A model generated the notes under the pieces. That model saw only the letters and a program-made list of their open reading frames with translations. It searched no databases and was not told the origin of the DNA. The position numbers and the translations under genes are program-made. Shown here piece after piece: positions 25,566 through 39,329 of a stretch of DNA of 64,000 nt. The DNA comes from the human T2T-CHM13v2.0 reference genome, Homo sapiens, in the NCBI RefSeq assembly GCF_009914755.1, contig NC_060933.1; one strand, written 5' to 3'. Positions within the stretch are counted from its first letter, which is position 1. Every line of letters begins with the position of its first letter.

Positions 25566-27305
25566 AGAGAAACAGAATTTTAAGATGAGTTTTCTGAATG
25601 GGTTGTGGGGTTTATGAAATCTGCTCTCTAATCTGATTAGATTTAAATATGCTAATGATTCTATTTTCAGTGGTAGAAAAAGTACTGATGGTCTGTGGCA
25701 TGGTCTGACAGTACAGATACACAAAATCTCACCATTGCATACTACTGATCAATGGCATATAAGAATCTTGGAAGGATCTGCATGATTATATATGATACTT
25801 TTAAACACTTCTGTCTGACTAACAAGTATAATGAGATTGGCTGGTTGCTCCTAATGTTGCTTAATTAAGTAGGAAAAGAAAAAGATGAACTCAAGGATTC
25901 AATGTCCCAATTCAAGTGCTACGTAAATGACTTGATAGCTTCTATATGAGCCCTGAAGGAGACTGCTATCTCCTGTAGCTCAGGGCTGAGGTTGTGGAAA
26001 ACCAAATCTTTATCATGCAACTGGCTGAATTACAATACAAGTTTGAACTGCCAACCTCACAGGTTGCCTTCTGTTAAAATGTGGACATTGATTGCAAAGG
26101 AAGTAATGGGGTTCCTGAAAGATGAAATGGAGATATGTGGGAAGATCCTGATGAAGGTTAAGACATTGAGCCCCTAAATTCTGCATCATTTTTGCCAGTG
26201 GAAGCAGACTTTCCAGACATAGTGGAAGCATCTTTTCTATCCCCATTTGAGGGGATTTACTATGTATTGCCTGAAGAAACTCTAATGGCTTCTCCTGAGA
26301 GAGTTATCTTGTAAGATTAATGGTTCTCCTCAGGACCCATCCCCATGATCCCTCTTTGCTTTTAGACTTATAGCTAAAGTCCAGAAGGTGCCTAAAGGTG
26401 AAGTATACATCCTCATGAGTAAAACAAGGAGGTGCACTATATTCCAAAAGAACTACTTTGTGCTTTCTAATTTATACAGACAAAAATCCAGGGAACATGT
26501 GTGGGAACAGATACTAATGGTGTGGGATAATGGTGAAAGGAACATAAAGTTGGATCAAGTTAAATTATTCATATAAGCTCACTAAGCAGTGATTCTTAAC
26601 CAATGTTGCAGCTCAGGGAGTTAAAAGGGGTTCTAATAGTTTGTTTTGTTGGTTGGCTGAAACAGGGACCAAAAGGTGACCAATAATTAGCAAGTCAGAA
26701 ATACGTATTTGCTTTGGTTTAATGTGGAGAAAGGAATTTAAAAGCTTAGGGGGATTAGTATGTATATTAGCCAGGGTTCTCTAGAGGGACAGAAGTAATG
26801 CAATATACATATGTATTCTATATATATATGGGAGTTTATTAAGTATTAACTCACACAATCACAAAGTTCCACAATAGGCCTTCTGCAGGCTGAGGAGAGC
26901 CAGTCTGAGTTCCAAAACTGAAGAACCTGGAGTCCAATGTTCAAGGGCTGGAAGCATCCAGCATGGGAGAAAGATGTAGATTAGGAGGCTAGGCCAGTCT
27001 CTCTTTTCACGTTTCTACCTGCTTTATAATCTAACCATGATGGCAGCTGATTATATTGTGCCCACCCAGATTAAGGGTAGGTCTGCCTTTCCCAGCCCAT
27101 TAACTCAAATGTTAATCTCCTTTGGTAACAGCCTCACAGACACACCAGGATCAAAAATTTGTATCCTTAAATCTAATCAAGTTGACACTCAGTATTAACC
27201 ATCACAGTATGTTAGGGTGGATTTGTCATTTAAGACAAACTCATCTACCCTGGGAGTTTAGAACTCACAACTTGAATCATGACTGTGAGAAATAAATGTG
27301 TGAGG
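25566..27305 (+). pseudogene. ERV-L gag remnant, interrupted by an MLT2A LTR
   Basis: Frameshifted peptides such as 'LNCQPHRLPSVK..LIAKE' and 'NLYRQKSREHVWEQILMVWDNGERNIKLDQ' match ERV-L gag. Confidence 0.75.
26763..27206 (-). mobile_element. MLT2A (probably MLT2A1) HERV-L solo LTR
   Basis: 444 bp, '...agggttctctagagggacagaa...caagttgacactcagtattaaccatcaca'. 5-bp TSD GTATG (26758-26762 / 27207-27211). Confidence 0.9.
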
Positions 27306-28260
27306 TGGTCAGACAGCTACCTGGTCACAAATTAATTACATTGGACTGCTTCTATCATGGAAAAGGCAGTATTTTGTTCTCACTGCAATAGACAAAATCT
27401 GCATATGAATCTGCTGTCCCTGCATACAATGCTTCTGCCAAAAATACCGTCCATGGAGTTACAGGGTCCCTTATCTACTGTCTTGGTATTTTACACAACA
27501 TTGCTTCCGATCAATGAACTCAACTCACTGCAAAATAAGTGCAGCAATGAGGCCATGCTCACAGAATTTACTGGTCTTATGTTCCCCACCATCTAGAAGC
27601 TGCTGGCTTGACAGAGTTGTGGAATGGCCTGTTGAAGACTCAGTTGCAGTGCCAGCTAAATGAAAATACCTTGCAGGCCTGGGGCAAAGTTCTACAGAAG
27701 GCTCTATATGCTCTGAATCAGCATCTAATAAATGATGTTATTTCTCCAACAGTTAGATTTCACAGGTCCAGGAATCAAGTGGTGGAAATGAGAGTGGCTC
27801 ATCTCACCATTATCCCTAGTGACCCACTAGCAAAATTTTGTTTCCTGTCACCACAATCTTATCCTCTGCTATATTCTGCTGGCCTGGAGGTCTTAGTTCC
27901 AGAGGGAGGAATGCTTCCATGAGAAGACACAACAGTGATTAAATTGAAGTGGAAGTTAAGACTGCTTAACTTCCACTTTGGGCTCCTCATGCCTCTGAAT
28001 TGATATGCAAAGAGAGTTACTGTGTTGAATTGGGTGATTGATCCTGACTCCTAAAGGGAAATTGGACTACTAGTCTATTCTGGAGGTAAGGAAGCATATG
28101 TCTGGAATACAGGAGATCCCTTAGGGGGTTTGGGTATTTTCATGTCCTGTGATTAAAGTCAATGGAAAATTATAGCCACCCAATTAAGGAAGGACTACTA
28201 ATAAACCAGACCCTTCAGGAATGAAGATTTGGTCACCCTATCAGGTAGTTAACCATGACC
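27306..28260 (+). pseudogene. ERV-L integrase and dUTPase remnants
   Basis: 'WNGLLKTQL..WGKVLQKALYALNQ..SPTVRFHRSRNQ' (integrase C-half) is followed by 'AGLEVLVPEGG' and 'gggtgattgatcctgac...ggaaattgga' (dUTPase GVIDPD motif). This is the ERV-L gene order. Confidence 0.8.
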
Positions 28261-28754
28261 AGCTGAGGTGCTTGCTGAATGCAGAAAGAATGCATAATAC
28301 ATAGAATAAGGTCATTATAAATGCCACCTAGGACCATGTGACCCCTACAGCAACAAGGATTGTAATTGTCATGAGTATGTCCTCCTTTGTCTGGTTATGA
28401 ATATGTTTGTGTATACATGTTAAGCAAATATCTTTGTTTTCTTCCCTGCCTTAGCTCCTTATCATGTAACATAAGATTATTTGCTTTATATCATAGTATT
28501 TAAATATTTTAAACTTTACATCACAGTATTTATCTTATAATATATCAAGAAGAGTAAACATCATTCATGTACTTTATCTCCTTTTCTGGAGAAGGAATTA
28601 GTGTGTTTTCAGTTGCACACAGGATAGTTGTATTATGTTATGTGGCATATGGCCCTGTTATTGTTTTTATTTGAAGATGAAGTATGGTTTAGGGAGATGT
28701 GTATCTGCACTAAGCTGGCAAAGGGTGAACATGTGAAAGTTAATATTATGTGTC

Positions 28755-29185
28755 TTTTTAAAAATTTTATTATTATTTTTTTTGAGACAGGGTCTCACTC
28801 TGCTGCCCATGCTGGAGTGCAGCATTGCCATCACAGGTTGCTGCAGCCTTAACCACCTGGGCTCAAGTGATTCTCCCACCTCAGCCTCCCAGATGGGACT
28901 GCAGGTGTGCACCACCATGCCCAGCTAATTATTTCTTTTTCTTCTCCTTCTCCTTCCTCTTCCTCTCCTTCTCCTCCTCCTCTTCCTCTCCTTCCCCTTC
29001 TCGTCTCTTTCCTCCTCCTCCTCCTCCTTCTCCTCCTCCTCCCCTTCCTCCTCCTCCTCCTTCTTCTTCTAGACAGGGTCTCTCTATGTTGCCCAGGCTG
29101 GTCTTGAACTTCTAAACTCCAGCTATTGTCCTGCGTCAGCCTCTAAAACTGCTTGGAATACAGGCATGAGCCACCATGCTCCAGC
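28755..29185 (-). mobile_element. AluJ in the ERV-L 3' LTR, with an expanded (CTC/CTT)n linker
   Basis: Antisense AluJ monomers flank a ~135-bp C/T tract. TSD TATGTGT(C/T)TTT. Confidence 0.9.
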
Positions 29186-30299
29186 TATGTGTTTTTCAGA
29201 TGAAATTAACATTTAAATTAGTAAACTAAGCAAAGCAGGTCGCTCTCTCTAATGTGGTTGGGCTTTATCTAAGTAGATAAAGATTAACATAGGACAAAAA
29301 AGCTGACTCTCCTCAAGTAGAAAGAATTCTTCCTGCCTGATTGTCTTTGAACTTGGACATCTGCTTTTTTTCTGGCCTTTGGACTTAACCTAAAACATAG
29401 GACTTCTCTGGGTCTTGAAGCTGCCAGCCTTTGAATTAGAACTACAACATAGGCTCTCCTGGTTCTCAGGCCTTTTGGACTTGAACTGAAACTAAGCCAT
29501 TGGCTCTTCTGGGTCTTCAGTTTGCTGACTAACTGCAGATTTGGGTACTTGCCAGCCTCTATAATCATATAGGCTAATCCCTTAAAATAAGTGAATACAT
29601 AAATGAATAAATAAATATCCTAATCTTAATGGTACTGTTTCTCTGGAGAATCCCAATATTCATGCCAAATTAGAAATTAAATGAGTCAGTGTTAAAATAT
29701 TCAGCACGATACCTGACATACTAATTACTTAGTTTTTGTTTTGTTTCAAGGGAGGTAGGGAAGATAAGGAAAATGGGCATGGGACACTTCTTTAAACAGG
29801 AGTGTGGATAGGAGTGGAAAACAGTTCCCAAAGAGATCTGCATATAAAAGACAGATTAAAAAAATCTAATCATTCCTTAACAACTGTGTATTTTCCCTCA
29901 AATAAGTCTGTTGGAGATGGGAGAAGGTATTGGATTCTCCCCAAAATTTAAAGTGAGTAGATGAGAAATCTCACAGAAAATCTGAGTATTAAGCTATGGA
30001 AATGTTCAAACATATATAAAAGTTGAAAAAAAAATTAACTGAACTCCTATATACACACCATTTAGATTCCACTATTAACATTGTATAATACTTGTTTCCT
30101 CTGTTATGAGTTTGAACTCTCCAAGGAAATCCAACCTGACTTCAGTAACTGTGACAGTGTAGAAGTTATTTATTTTAATAAATCCAATTCTGTCTGCAAG
30201 TTTCAACTTATTCCTCATTTTGTTCACTTAAACATTAAATCATTAAGAAAATATCTGTTAAATGCCATACCCTAAACTGAATTATTGTGACAAAGAAAA

Positions 30300-33200
30300 T
30301 TAATTTAGTTTCCCTTTGTCAATTGTATATGAATTTAAATAAATCATATTTATATTAAAATGCCGGCAATGGTTTTAATTGAGATGCCATGAAATCTATA
30401 GATCAAATTGATCTATATGAAATTGAATTGACGGCTTAACAATATTGAGTTTTTGTCCCACAACAGGATATATTTCTACACTTATTTAGGTCTTAATTTC
30501 TCTCATTAATGTTATGCAATTAACATTGTACAAATATTCTGCCATATTTTTCCATAGGTATTTTATATGTTCAATGCTATTGTAAATGGTATTTTTTCTT
30601 TAATTTGAATTTCTGACTGTGTATTGCTAATACATAAATATGAAATTTAGTTTTAAAGTTACTTCTGCATCTTACAACCCTACTAAACTCACTTACTAAG
30701 TTTAGGTTATGTTTTACTTTTCGGGGAGTAGATTTTTCATGTCATCTGCAGATAATGGTAGTTTATTTCTTCCTTTCCAAACTGGGAGTCATTATTTTCT
30801 TTTTCTTGCCTCATTATTTGGCTAAAACTCCAGTACAATATTAAAAATGAGTAGTGAGAACAGACATGTTTTGTTCCAGATCTCTTAGGAAAAATCATTC
30901 AGTCTTTCACCATTAAGTATGATGTTAGCTACAGTTTTTGTTTGTTTTAATAGACGCCCTTTGTAGATTAAGGAAGTACCCTTGTTTGCTGAAAATTGTT
31001 ATTAGGAATGGATATTGGATTTCGTCAATGATTTTCTGCATCTATTGAGATAATCATGTTTTTATTTTTTAGTCTGTTAATTTGGATAATTACATTAGTT
31101 TATTTTTATTTTTTCAAATATTAACCAAATCTTGCCTTCCTGGGATAAAACCTACTTAGTAACTAAGGATTATATTTGTTACATATTATCTATTTGATCT
31201 AATAAACATTCATTCAAAATTTTGCATCTGTATTCATTGAGAGTATTGTTCTGTAGTTTTTTTGTAATATTTTTAATCTAGATTTGTTAAAAGAATACTG
31301 GGGTCATAGTATAAGTTGGGTAGTATTACCTCCTCTACAATTTTCTGGAAGAAGTTATGTAAATGGTGTTTAATTTCTTCATAAATAATTTACCAGTACA
31401 GCTATTGGGTGCTAGGGTTTTGTTTGTGGAATATTTACTACAAATTCACTTTATTTAATAAATATAGGGCTATTTACTTTGTTCTTTCTTGAATGAGCCT
31501 TTGACATTTTCTGTTTTTCAAGGAATTTTCACATTTCGTTTGAGTGTTGAATTTATTGGCATAACATTGCTATAACATCTCTTTGTTATCCTTTTAATAT
31601 CTGTAGACTCTGTAATGACATCAATTTTTTCATTCCTGATTTTTATAATTTGTGTTCTCACACTCTCTCTCTCCAGTTCTTCCTCTCTTCCCCACCGATA
31701 AATTTTTCTAGTTATTTATCAATTTTATTGATATCCAGAAAAAAATAAATATTGGATTCACCAATTTATTTCTGTTATTATTGTTTTTTTATTTGTTCGT
31801 TTCCATGTGGATTTTTAGTATGTTCTTTCTCCTACTTACTTTAGATTCAATTATGCTTCTTTTTCTAGATTTAAATGATAAATCTGAGGTTATTTCATTG
31901 AGATCTTTCTTCTTTTCTAATGTATGTGTTAGTGCTATAAATTTTCTTCTAAGAACTGCTTTAATAGCAACTCACACATTTTGGTATATTGTGTTTGTAT
32001 CTTTGTTCATCTCAAAATGTTCTCAAATTTGCTATGAAAATACATAAGCAAATGTATTTTCTTTTTGTCTCATGGTTATTTAGTAGTGTTATTTCATTGC
32101 CAAATGTTTTTGGATTTTCTAGAGATCTTTCTGTTGTTGATTTCTAACTCAATTCCCCTTTGGTTAGAGAACATACTTTGAATGAACTGTATCCATTGAA
32201 ACTTATTGAGACTTATTTCATTGCCCAGAATACAGTTTAGGTATAGGTTATACGTACACATGAAAAAAAAAATGTTTATTATCCTGTTCTTGAAAGAAGT
32301 ATACTATAAAAGCCAATTAAGTCAAATTAGATAATTTTTTCAAATATTTTATATCCTTTTTTGTTTTCTGTTACTACTTCTAGTACTTATTGAAAGATGG
32401 GTATTGATACCTCTGAATATAGTTATGAATTTGTCCACTTTCACTGATGTCCCGTTGATTTTTTTCTTCATGTATATTGAAGGTCTGCTTTTAGGTCTGG
32501 GATTGTTACATCTTCTTGATGTATTTTATCTTTTTATGAAACAAACTTATTTTATCCCTTGCGACATTCTTTACTCTGAAATCTATTTATTATAATATTA
32601 ATTTAGCCACTTCAGCTTTCTTTTGATTAGTGTTAGCAAGGAATATCTTTTCATATCCTTTTAATGATAACTTGTTTTTATTTAAAATATTACCAAAACA
32701 GTGCATATGGTTCAGTCCTCTTTTTTTTAATCCAGTCTGATGATCTTTGGCTTTTAATTAAATTATCTAGACCATTTATATTTAAAGTAATTGCAGACAT
32801 TATTAGATTTACATTTATCTTTGCTGATGAAATTACCATTGTTTTTTATTTGTCACATCTGATATTTGCCCCCTATTTTTCTGTCTTTATTTGAGTTAAT
32901 TGAATGTATTTATTATCCCACTTGAATTTCTTTGTTGGCTTACTAATCATAACTCTTTAGTTGTTCTTTTAGTTGTTTATTTAGGATGTGTAATACGCAT
33001 TTTTAACTAATTAGCCTACCTCCAAGTGATATTGTATCACTTCATTTTTCCCCTACTGAACTTTATTATTTGTATATATTTCACTTTTATATGGTCATAT
33101 AAACTACTCTACATGTTTGTTTTTGTTTAAACAATTATCTTTTAAAGGGTTTTAAATGTTAAGAAAACTCATATATTTACCCATGTAGCTTCCATTTCCA

Positions 33201-33406
33201 GTGTTTTTTATTCCTTTGTGTTGATTTATATTTCATTCTAGTGTTATTTTTCTTCTGCTTGATGGAATTCTTTGACATTTCTTTGAGTTCAGGTCTGATT
33301 AAGTGAATATTTCACTTTTGTATGTCTGAAGATATTCGTATTTATTTATTCTTTGTTTTCTTTTACACAGATGTTTAAACTGGGCATAAAATTCTAGGTC
33401 TTGAGG

Positions 33407-33442
<36 letters not shown>

Positions 33443-34545
33443 GAGATGAGGTCTTGCAGTGTTGTCCAGGCTGGTCTCTGGTCTTGAAGTCCTGGGTTCA
33501 AGCAATTCACCTGCCTTGACCTCCTATAATGCTGGAATTACAGGCATGAACCACCACACCCAGCCTGCAGTTTTAAAAATTATAATTTTATTATTTTAAA
33601 GATGTTACTTCCCTGTCTTCATAATTATGTCTAATTATGTCTTTTTACTGTTTTAATGTATTTGCCTTCTACTTCTAACATCTGTGTCAGTTCTGGGTTG
33701 AATTCAGGTGATTGATTTTTCATTATAAGTCATATTTTTCTCTTTCATTGTGTGCCTGGTAATTTTTGAGTGGATGCTAAGCATTGTAAATATTACCTTG
33801 TTGAGAGCTGGATATATTTATATACTTATATTATTAAACTTTGTTTTATAATGAAGTTAAACTAGTTGTGAATACTTTCATGTCTTGCTTTTAAGATTTA
33901 TTAGTTGAGACCAGAACAATGTTCAATCTAGAGCTAATTACTCCTCATTACTGTGGCACAGCCTTTCTGTGTTTTCCACCCATTGCCTTATGAATTAGGG
34001 GTTTTCTAGTCTGGTGGATGAGAAAATACACTTTTCTTGACCCTGAGTGAGTACTGAATGCTGTTTCTTCTAATTCTTTTGGTTGTTTTCCTCCACTTTA
34101 CGCTACTTTTCTTACATGCAAGAATTGTTCAGTAGACAACTGAATACTGGAGAGGGATCCTCTGGATATCTGTGAATTTCTGTGTGCTGCTCTTTATTTC
34201 CTGGTATGCTGTCCCATGAATTCTAAAGGCCTTGTCCTCCCTGGACTTACCATTCTATTTTCTAAACTCAAAAAGTTCCTTGGGACTTTGTCTATATTTA
34301 TTCTCTTTGTGTTATGGACTGGAAAACATCTCAATACAATAACAGAAAGCAATTGTAAGGCTTATTTCATATTTGTGTCATATTTCAGGGATCACTGTTC
34401 TTTTTGCCTAATGTTCAGTATCTTAAAATGTGTTGCTTCAAGTATTTTGTCTGTTTTTTGTTTGTGTGAGTGTGTGTTATTGTTTTAGATGGAAAGGTAA
34501 GTTGTTTGTGTTAGTCTATCTTGGTGGAAGCAGAACTTATATAGA
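30300..34545 (-). mobile_element. Old L1M (L1MC/MD-like) ORF2 and upstream fragment, ~4.2 kb
   Basis: Antisense ORF2 landmarks 'atgtcatctgca' (FADD region), 'ttctgcatctattgagataatcat' and 'ttcagtctttcaccattaagtatgatgttagct'. Many stops. Confidence 0.85.
33410..33565 (-). mobile_element. FLAM_C / free left Alu monomer
   Basis: Single left monomer with poly-T tail and a 7-nt 'ctggtct' duplication. Confidence 0.85.
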
Positions 34546-35819
34546 CATCAGGAGGAGGAAACCAAATAGAATAAAAATGTTTAGAGACCCCATTTATCTG
34601 GATTTTATTTCTGTTTTTTCCATTTAGTAAACTTGTAAAACTTGTTCTTTATTAAAGACATCAGTTGTTCAACTAAAGATAGTTTCACGTCATTATTGTG
34701 AGGATTAAATAAAATAATGGTAATAAGCCAGCAGAGGATACAATAAAGACCTATCCCTGTTCTCTTTGTGGCAGACTGTACAATTGATATGGTGAGCTTA
34801 TGTCAACTAATCACATCCCTTTCCATCAGTGATTCTGCTTAGTGACAACTCCATAAACAGTTCTTGTGGAATTAGTTCTTTGCATTTAAAAGAAAGAATT
34901 TGAATTTATTTCTACTAGGTGTTTTTCTGTTACAAACAATTTATCTCCGCTCCACTTTCTTCCTATTTATCTGCATACTGAGTCTGAGAGCTATCCATGT
35001 CCTCTATATCTTCCAAACAATTGTCATTTACAAATTGGCTAAGCATACCTTCCATTTAATGAATAACCCCCCATCTTGAAGTGCTATTTTGTGATGAACA
35101 CTTACAGAAATTAATCCCTGTATAAGTTATTAACACCAGTTTTCTTCACATATTTTGATAAATGGAATATTGAATGTATTTGTATTTTCCAAAAACTATA
35201 AATCCAGAAAAATGAGACTACTCAGTATGTGTCAAGGGCATGATCAATGTATGACTTCACATCCAGAAAATATAGCCAACTAATTTCATCACATGTGACA
35301 TCAGACCCAATATAGAAGAATCTTTTGACATCGAGTAATTTGAAGAATGACTTGCATTTTATGACTCAACATGATTTCTAGATGGGATTAATATCAGAGT
35401 AATATTGCAAGGGTCTCCAGTTTCCAGCCTGAGTGGTCAGATAAAATGAGACAAGAAGAACCTTCAAAAAAGAGTCAATACAGGGCCTAGCATTGATCAT
35501 CCACATAGTTGTTTGGAGGTTCCAACACTAAGTTAAAACATTAGTTGCTGAAGAAAGGCTTCCCATTATAGTGGGAAGTGTTACATAAAATAAGTAACTG
35601 ATATTTTATAGGTACTTACAGGAAATGAACAAGGTTATGAAAAGGAGTAAATTTTACAAATGAGAAAATAATAATGTTAATAATAATGGATTCTATTATA
35701 ATTATTATAATATCTAGAATTTATACAGACTTTAAACTTTTTATTCAAGCCTAATGCATACACAGAAGAGAGTATCAAGAGAATTTTTATGTGTTACAAA
35801 TGTCCTCCATATCTATCTG

Positions 35820-36200
35820 AATTTTTGTTATGAACTTTAACTTTGGTAATATCATTCCTAATTTAAGGTTACAAATACTAAGGCCAAGAGAGTTTAGGCA
35901 ACTTTTAAAGTAGGTGATATTGTTATTAAGCATATGACTTAAAACTTGATTATGAGTGTTAGATGGTTCCAAAGCCAGTGTTCTTTACTAAAGTTGTATT
36001 CCTGTAGTCCCTGTTTTCTGAAATGTACATATGCTATCAAATTTAATTATCAAAGAAACTCTGTGCAGTAGATAGTATTCTCTGCAATTTACAAATAATG
36101 AACCCAAGGTTTACTGTGTTTAAGTAATGTTCTGAACATATCTACTATCTATCAGAATGAAGATTCAAATCCAGATCTTTTTTATTCTCTTTCAGCACAC
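35820..36200 (-). mobile_element. MIR fragments (two)
   Basis: 'ctaaggccaagagagtttaggcaactt' and 'aattttacaaataatgaacccaaggt...gattcaaatccagatct'. Confidence 0.55.
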
Positions 36201-36539
36201 TTTGTTATTTCTCTCCATACCCAACCTGCCTAAATGCCTGTCTGAACACATGTAGCCAATATTTAATGAATAAAGTCTCTATCTGAGACACAGACAGGAG
36301 TAGTAAAACAGGTAAAAAGAGGGTTCTTAGTAGAAAGAAGCTAGAGACAAGAGAGCTCTTTGTGTGTTTGGATGTAGTTGCATAGTAGAAACATCTGTGG
36401 CAATTTTTTTGAACTACTGATTAATAACCTTATCTCAGACTAATTAAATCATCATTTGTATGAGGGTGAGGGGTGGAGAAGCATTTTTTTTTCTCCAGAT
36501 GATCTTAAGGTGCAGTCAGGATTGAGAAAACTGAATTAG

Positions 36540-37195
36540 AGGTTAAGGGGAGGCCAGTGAACAGAGTAAAAGTGAAACGAGAAAATCGTCAGGGTTCTGA
36601 TCTCATCAAGACTTGCAATCCATATTAGTGAGTTAGACTTTACCTGGAGGGCAACTGGAACCCTGTGGAGTCATAAGCAGAAGAGCAAAGAGTCCCACTC
36701 ACATTTGAAACTGCCATATAGAAAATCCATTGATCAGCAAATAGTAGCATCATTAAGAAGTCAGCTGCAAGGATGATGGTAGTACGCATACATACACACA
36801 CTAATATATATGTTGCAATTGGAGATAAAAGTAAGGAGAAAGATTTGAGAATTCTGAAAAGTTAGATCATAAAGACTTAGGAAGTGATTCATTATAAAAG
36901 GTGTGGCAAAAAGGGGAGTTGAAAATAATCCCCATATTTTTGTCTTGTTTTTGTCATTCACCGAAATAAGGTAACATGAATAATAGAACAGAATTTGTGT
37001 AGAAATTTGTTCAGTTTTAAGCATTTTCAGTTAGATATGTATATAGAAATAAAATTTTCAGTGAGATATGCAGATAGAAATGTCAAGGGGGCAAAAGAAG
37101 TACACAAGTTTATAGTTCAGGCGGGGAGAGATCTGGCCTGGGTCTATGAATCAAAAGTTCTCTACAAATGGGTGGTGATTGAAACCATGCATTTT
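36540..37195 (-). mobile_element. L2 LINE fragment
   Basis: 'aggagttagactttacctggagggcaactggaaccc' and 'gttcaggcggggagagatctggcctggg'. Confidence 0.7.
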
Positions 37196-37207
37196 CTGTT
37201 GTTGTTA

Positions 37208-37265
37208 TGGTGGTAGTGGTGACGGTGGTGGTGGTGACGGTGGTGGTGGTGACGGTGGTGGTGAC
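37208..37265. repeat. (GGT)n repeat with periodic GAC interruptions (15-bp higher-order unit)
   Basis: ggtggtggtggtgac repeated about 3-4 times. Confidence 0.9.
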
Positions 37266-37277
37266 TGGTTACTTGGT

Positions 37278-37592
37278 TTTTTTGTTTTATTTCTGTTTTT
37301 GTTTATTGAGACACGGTCTTGCTCTCTTGCACAGGCTGGAGTGAGGTTGCAATCCCAGCTCACTGTAGCCTCAAACTCCTGGACTCAAAAGATCATCTTG
37401 CTTTAGCCTCCTAAGTAGCTGGGACTACAGGTACACACTACACCTAGCTAATTTTTATTTTTATTTTTTTCTTGTAGAGACAGGGTCTTGTTACGTTGCT
37501 TAGGCTGGTCTCAGACTCCTGGCCTCAAGCGATCCTTGCACCTCAGCTTCCCAAAGTGCTGAGATAACAGGCATGAGGCACCACACATGACT
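37278..37592 (-). mobile_element. AluJ, full length
   Basis: J diagnostics 'ctcactgtagcctcaaactcctggactcaa' and 'agggtcttgttacgttgc'. Confidence 0.92.
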
Positions 37593-39329
37593 AGTTGGTT
37601 GGTTTTAAATTTTGATGTTGTTTGGCTTCCTTTACTTCTTCTGTTATTTGCTTGCTTGGCTGTTATTGTTGAATAAGACAAGAGAGTAAATAGGTTTTAT
37701 AAAATGTAGCTACCTGTAAGGTATTGCTTTTTTGTCACTTTTTTCTTGTTTTATTTGTAGAAAGAAGAACAAATCAAACATGTATAGGTTTTACTAGGTT
37801 TTGAAATCATCATGCACATTATCCAGACAAAATGACAAATGGTAAAAAACAAATTTTTGGAGGTGGCAGGAAAAATGCCTAGGTCATGAATATATACATT
37901 CAGCCTGGTCATGGTGTAGGGAAGGATAAATTTCAAAAGCAAGCATTTGTTCTCCTGGCAAAGGTTGCCAGGTAGAACAGTTTATTCTATTTTTGGACAT
38001 AAAATTATTGTTTGCTTTCCATATTATGGATATCATTAGATATTTTGCAAGAGAATGCTATAAACTGGTTTCTATGCCTGTGACCTTGGGTTTACCAGAC
38101 AACCAATTCTGTTGAAATTTTCCAAAGTGCTCTAAAGAAGTGCATGAACAATATTTGAGTAGTTCTGATGATGTGGGTAATTAGAGAACACTACTTTGAT
38201 AAAAATTTAGCAAAGTGGAAGTAAAACATGTTGAATATTTTGAAGAGATCTTAATCACATCAGATAATCTCATTTTACATATGGAAAGATGTAGTCTTAA
38301 TAAAGGGAAGTAACTTGCCTGAGGGTGTAAAGTTGAAATTAAATCAGGATTTGTCTGGATCCAATGTTCTCCATTACAAAATTCATGAATTGGGAAGAGC
38401 AGGTTCAAACTCCTGGTATGAATTGAGGTAAAGAGTATATAAATGGGAGTTAATTAGCCTCAACTGGGCCACATAATGGGAGAGAGTACAATAAGTCATT
38501 GCTCCTTTAGTTAAACTACATATGATACCACTCCTACTGACAAAACCTTTTCCCCTCGTTATAGAATTGTGAAGAAAGGAAGACATCATACACAATTACA
38601 TTTGTGTTTGATTATGTTGAATATAAGTTTGGAAAGGGAAAAATTAGATTAAACCAGTAAGTAAGGCTTAGTCACCAATTGGGTGAAACAAAAAAAGATA
38701 AAGGGTGGCCTGGCTGTCCATTTTATATTGAAACATTGGATGTATTAAATCAGTGGACCTCTTGAATTTCCTGAGAGAGGAAATAGTGGTAAAGGGGGGA
38801 ATATAGCCCTTCAGATGGAAAGAAAATATATGATTCCAGCTCATTTGTTTAGTCTTTCTGCAACTCAGATAAAGCAAAAAGCTCATTAATTTACAATTGG
38901 TGATAATTTGTACAGAGCCTATTCTGAAGTTTACCTTTGCTTTATCTAGCTAAAAGGATTTGGAAAGCAAATTAACAGTGTAAACAGGATGGCAGGCAGC
39001 AATATTTAACCTCTTTAAGCGAGCAAACTTTTCCTCAATACATTTAAAACACAATTTATACATAGAGAGATGACATGCTAGTTACAGATTATTCTTATCT
39101 ATTTATTATAGCAGGTCCCTATGGTGATTTCTACCTATGGGACTTAGCTTAGTTTGACCCAATGTATGTGCTCCTGAGAGAAGTCAGTTTCATTTATTTT
39201 GTAATCATCAAACTTTTAAAATATTGATACTAACTTGGACAGGCCATGAGTGCCATAATTAGTTCCATTTAATAACCTGTGACTTTATTTTTATCAAGAA
39301 AGAAACACAATGTTTTTAGTAGACTATGA

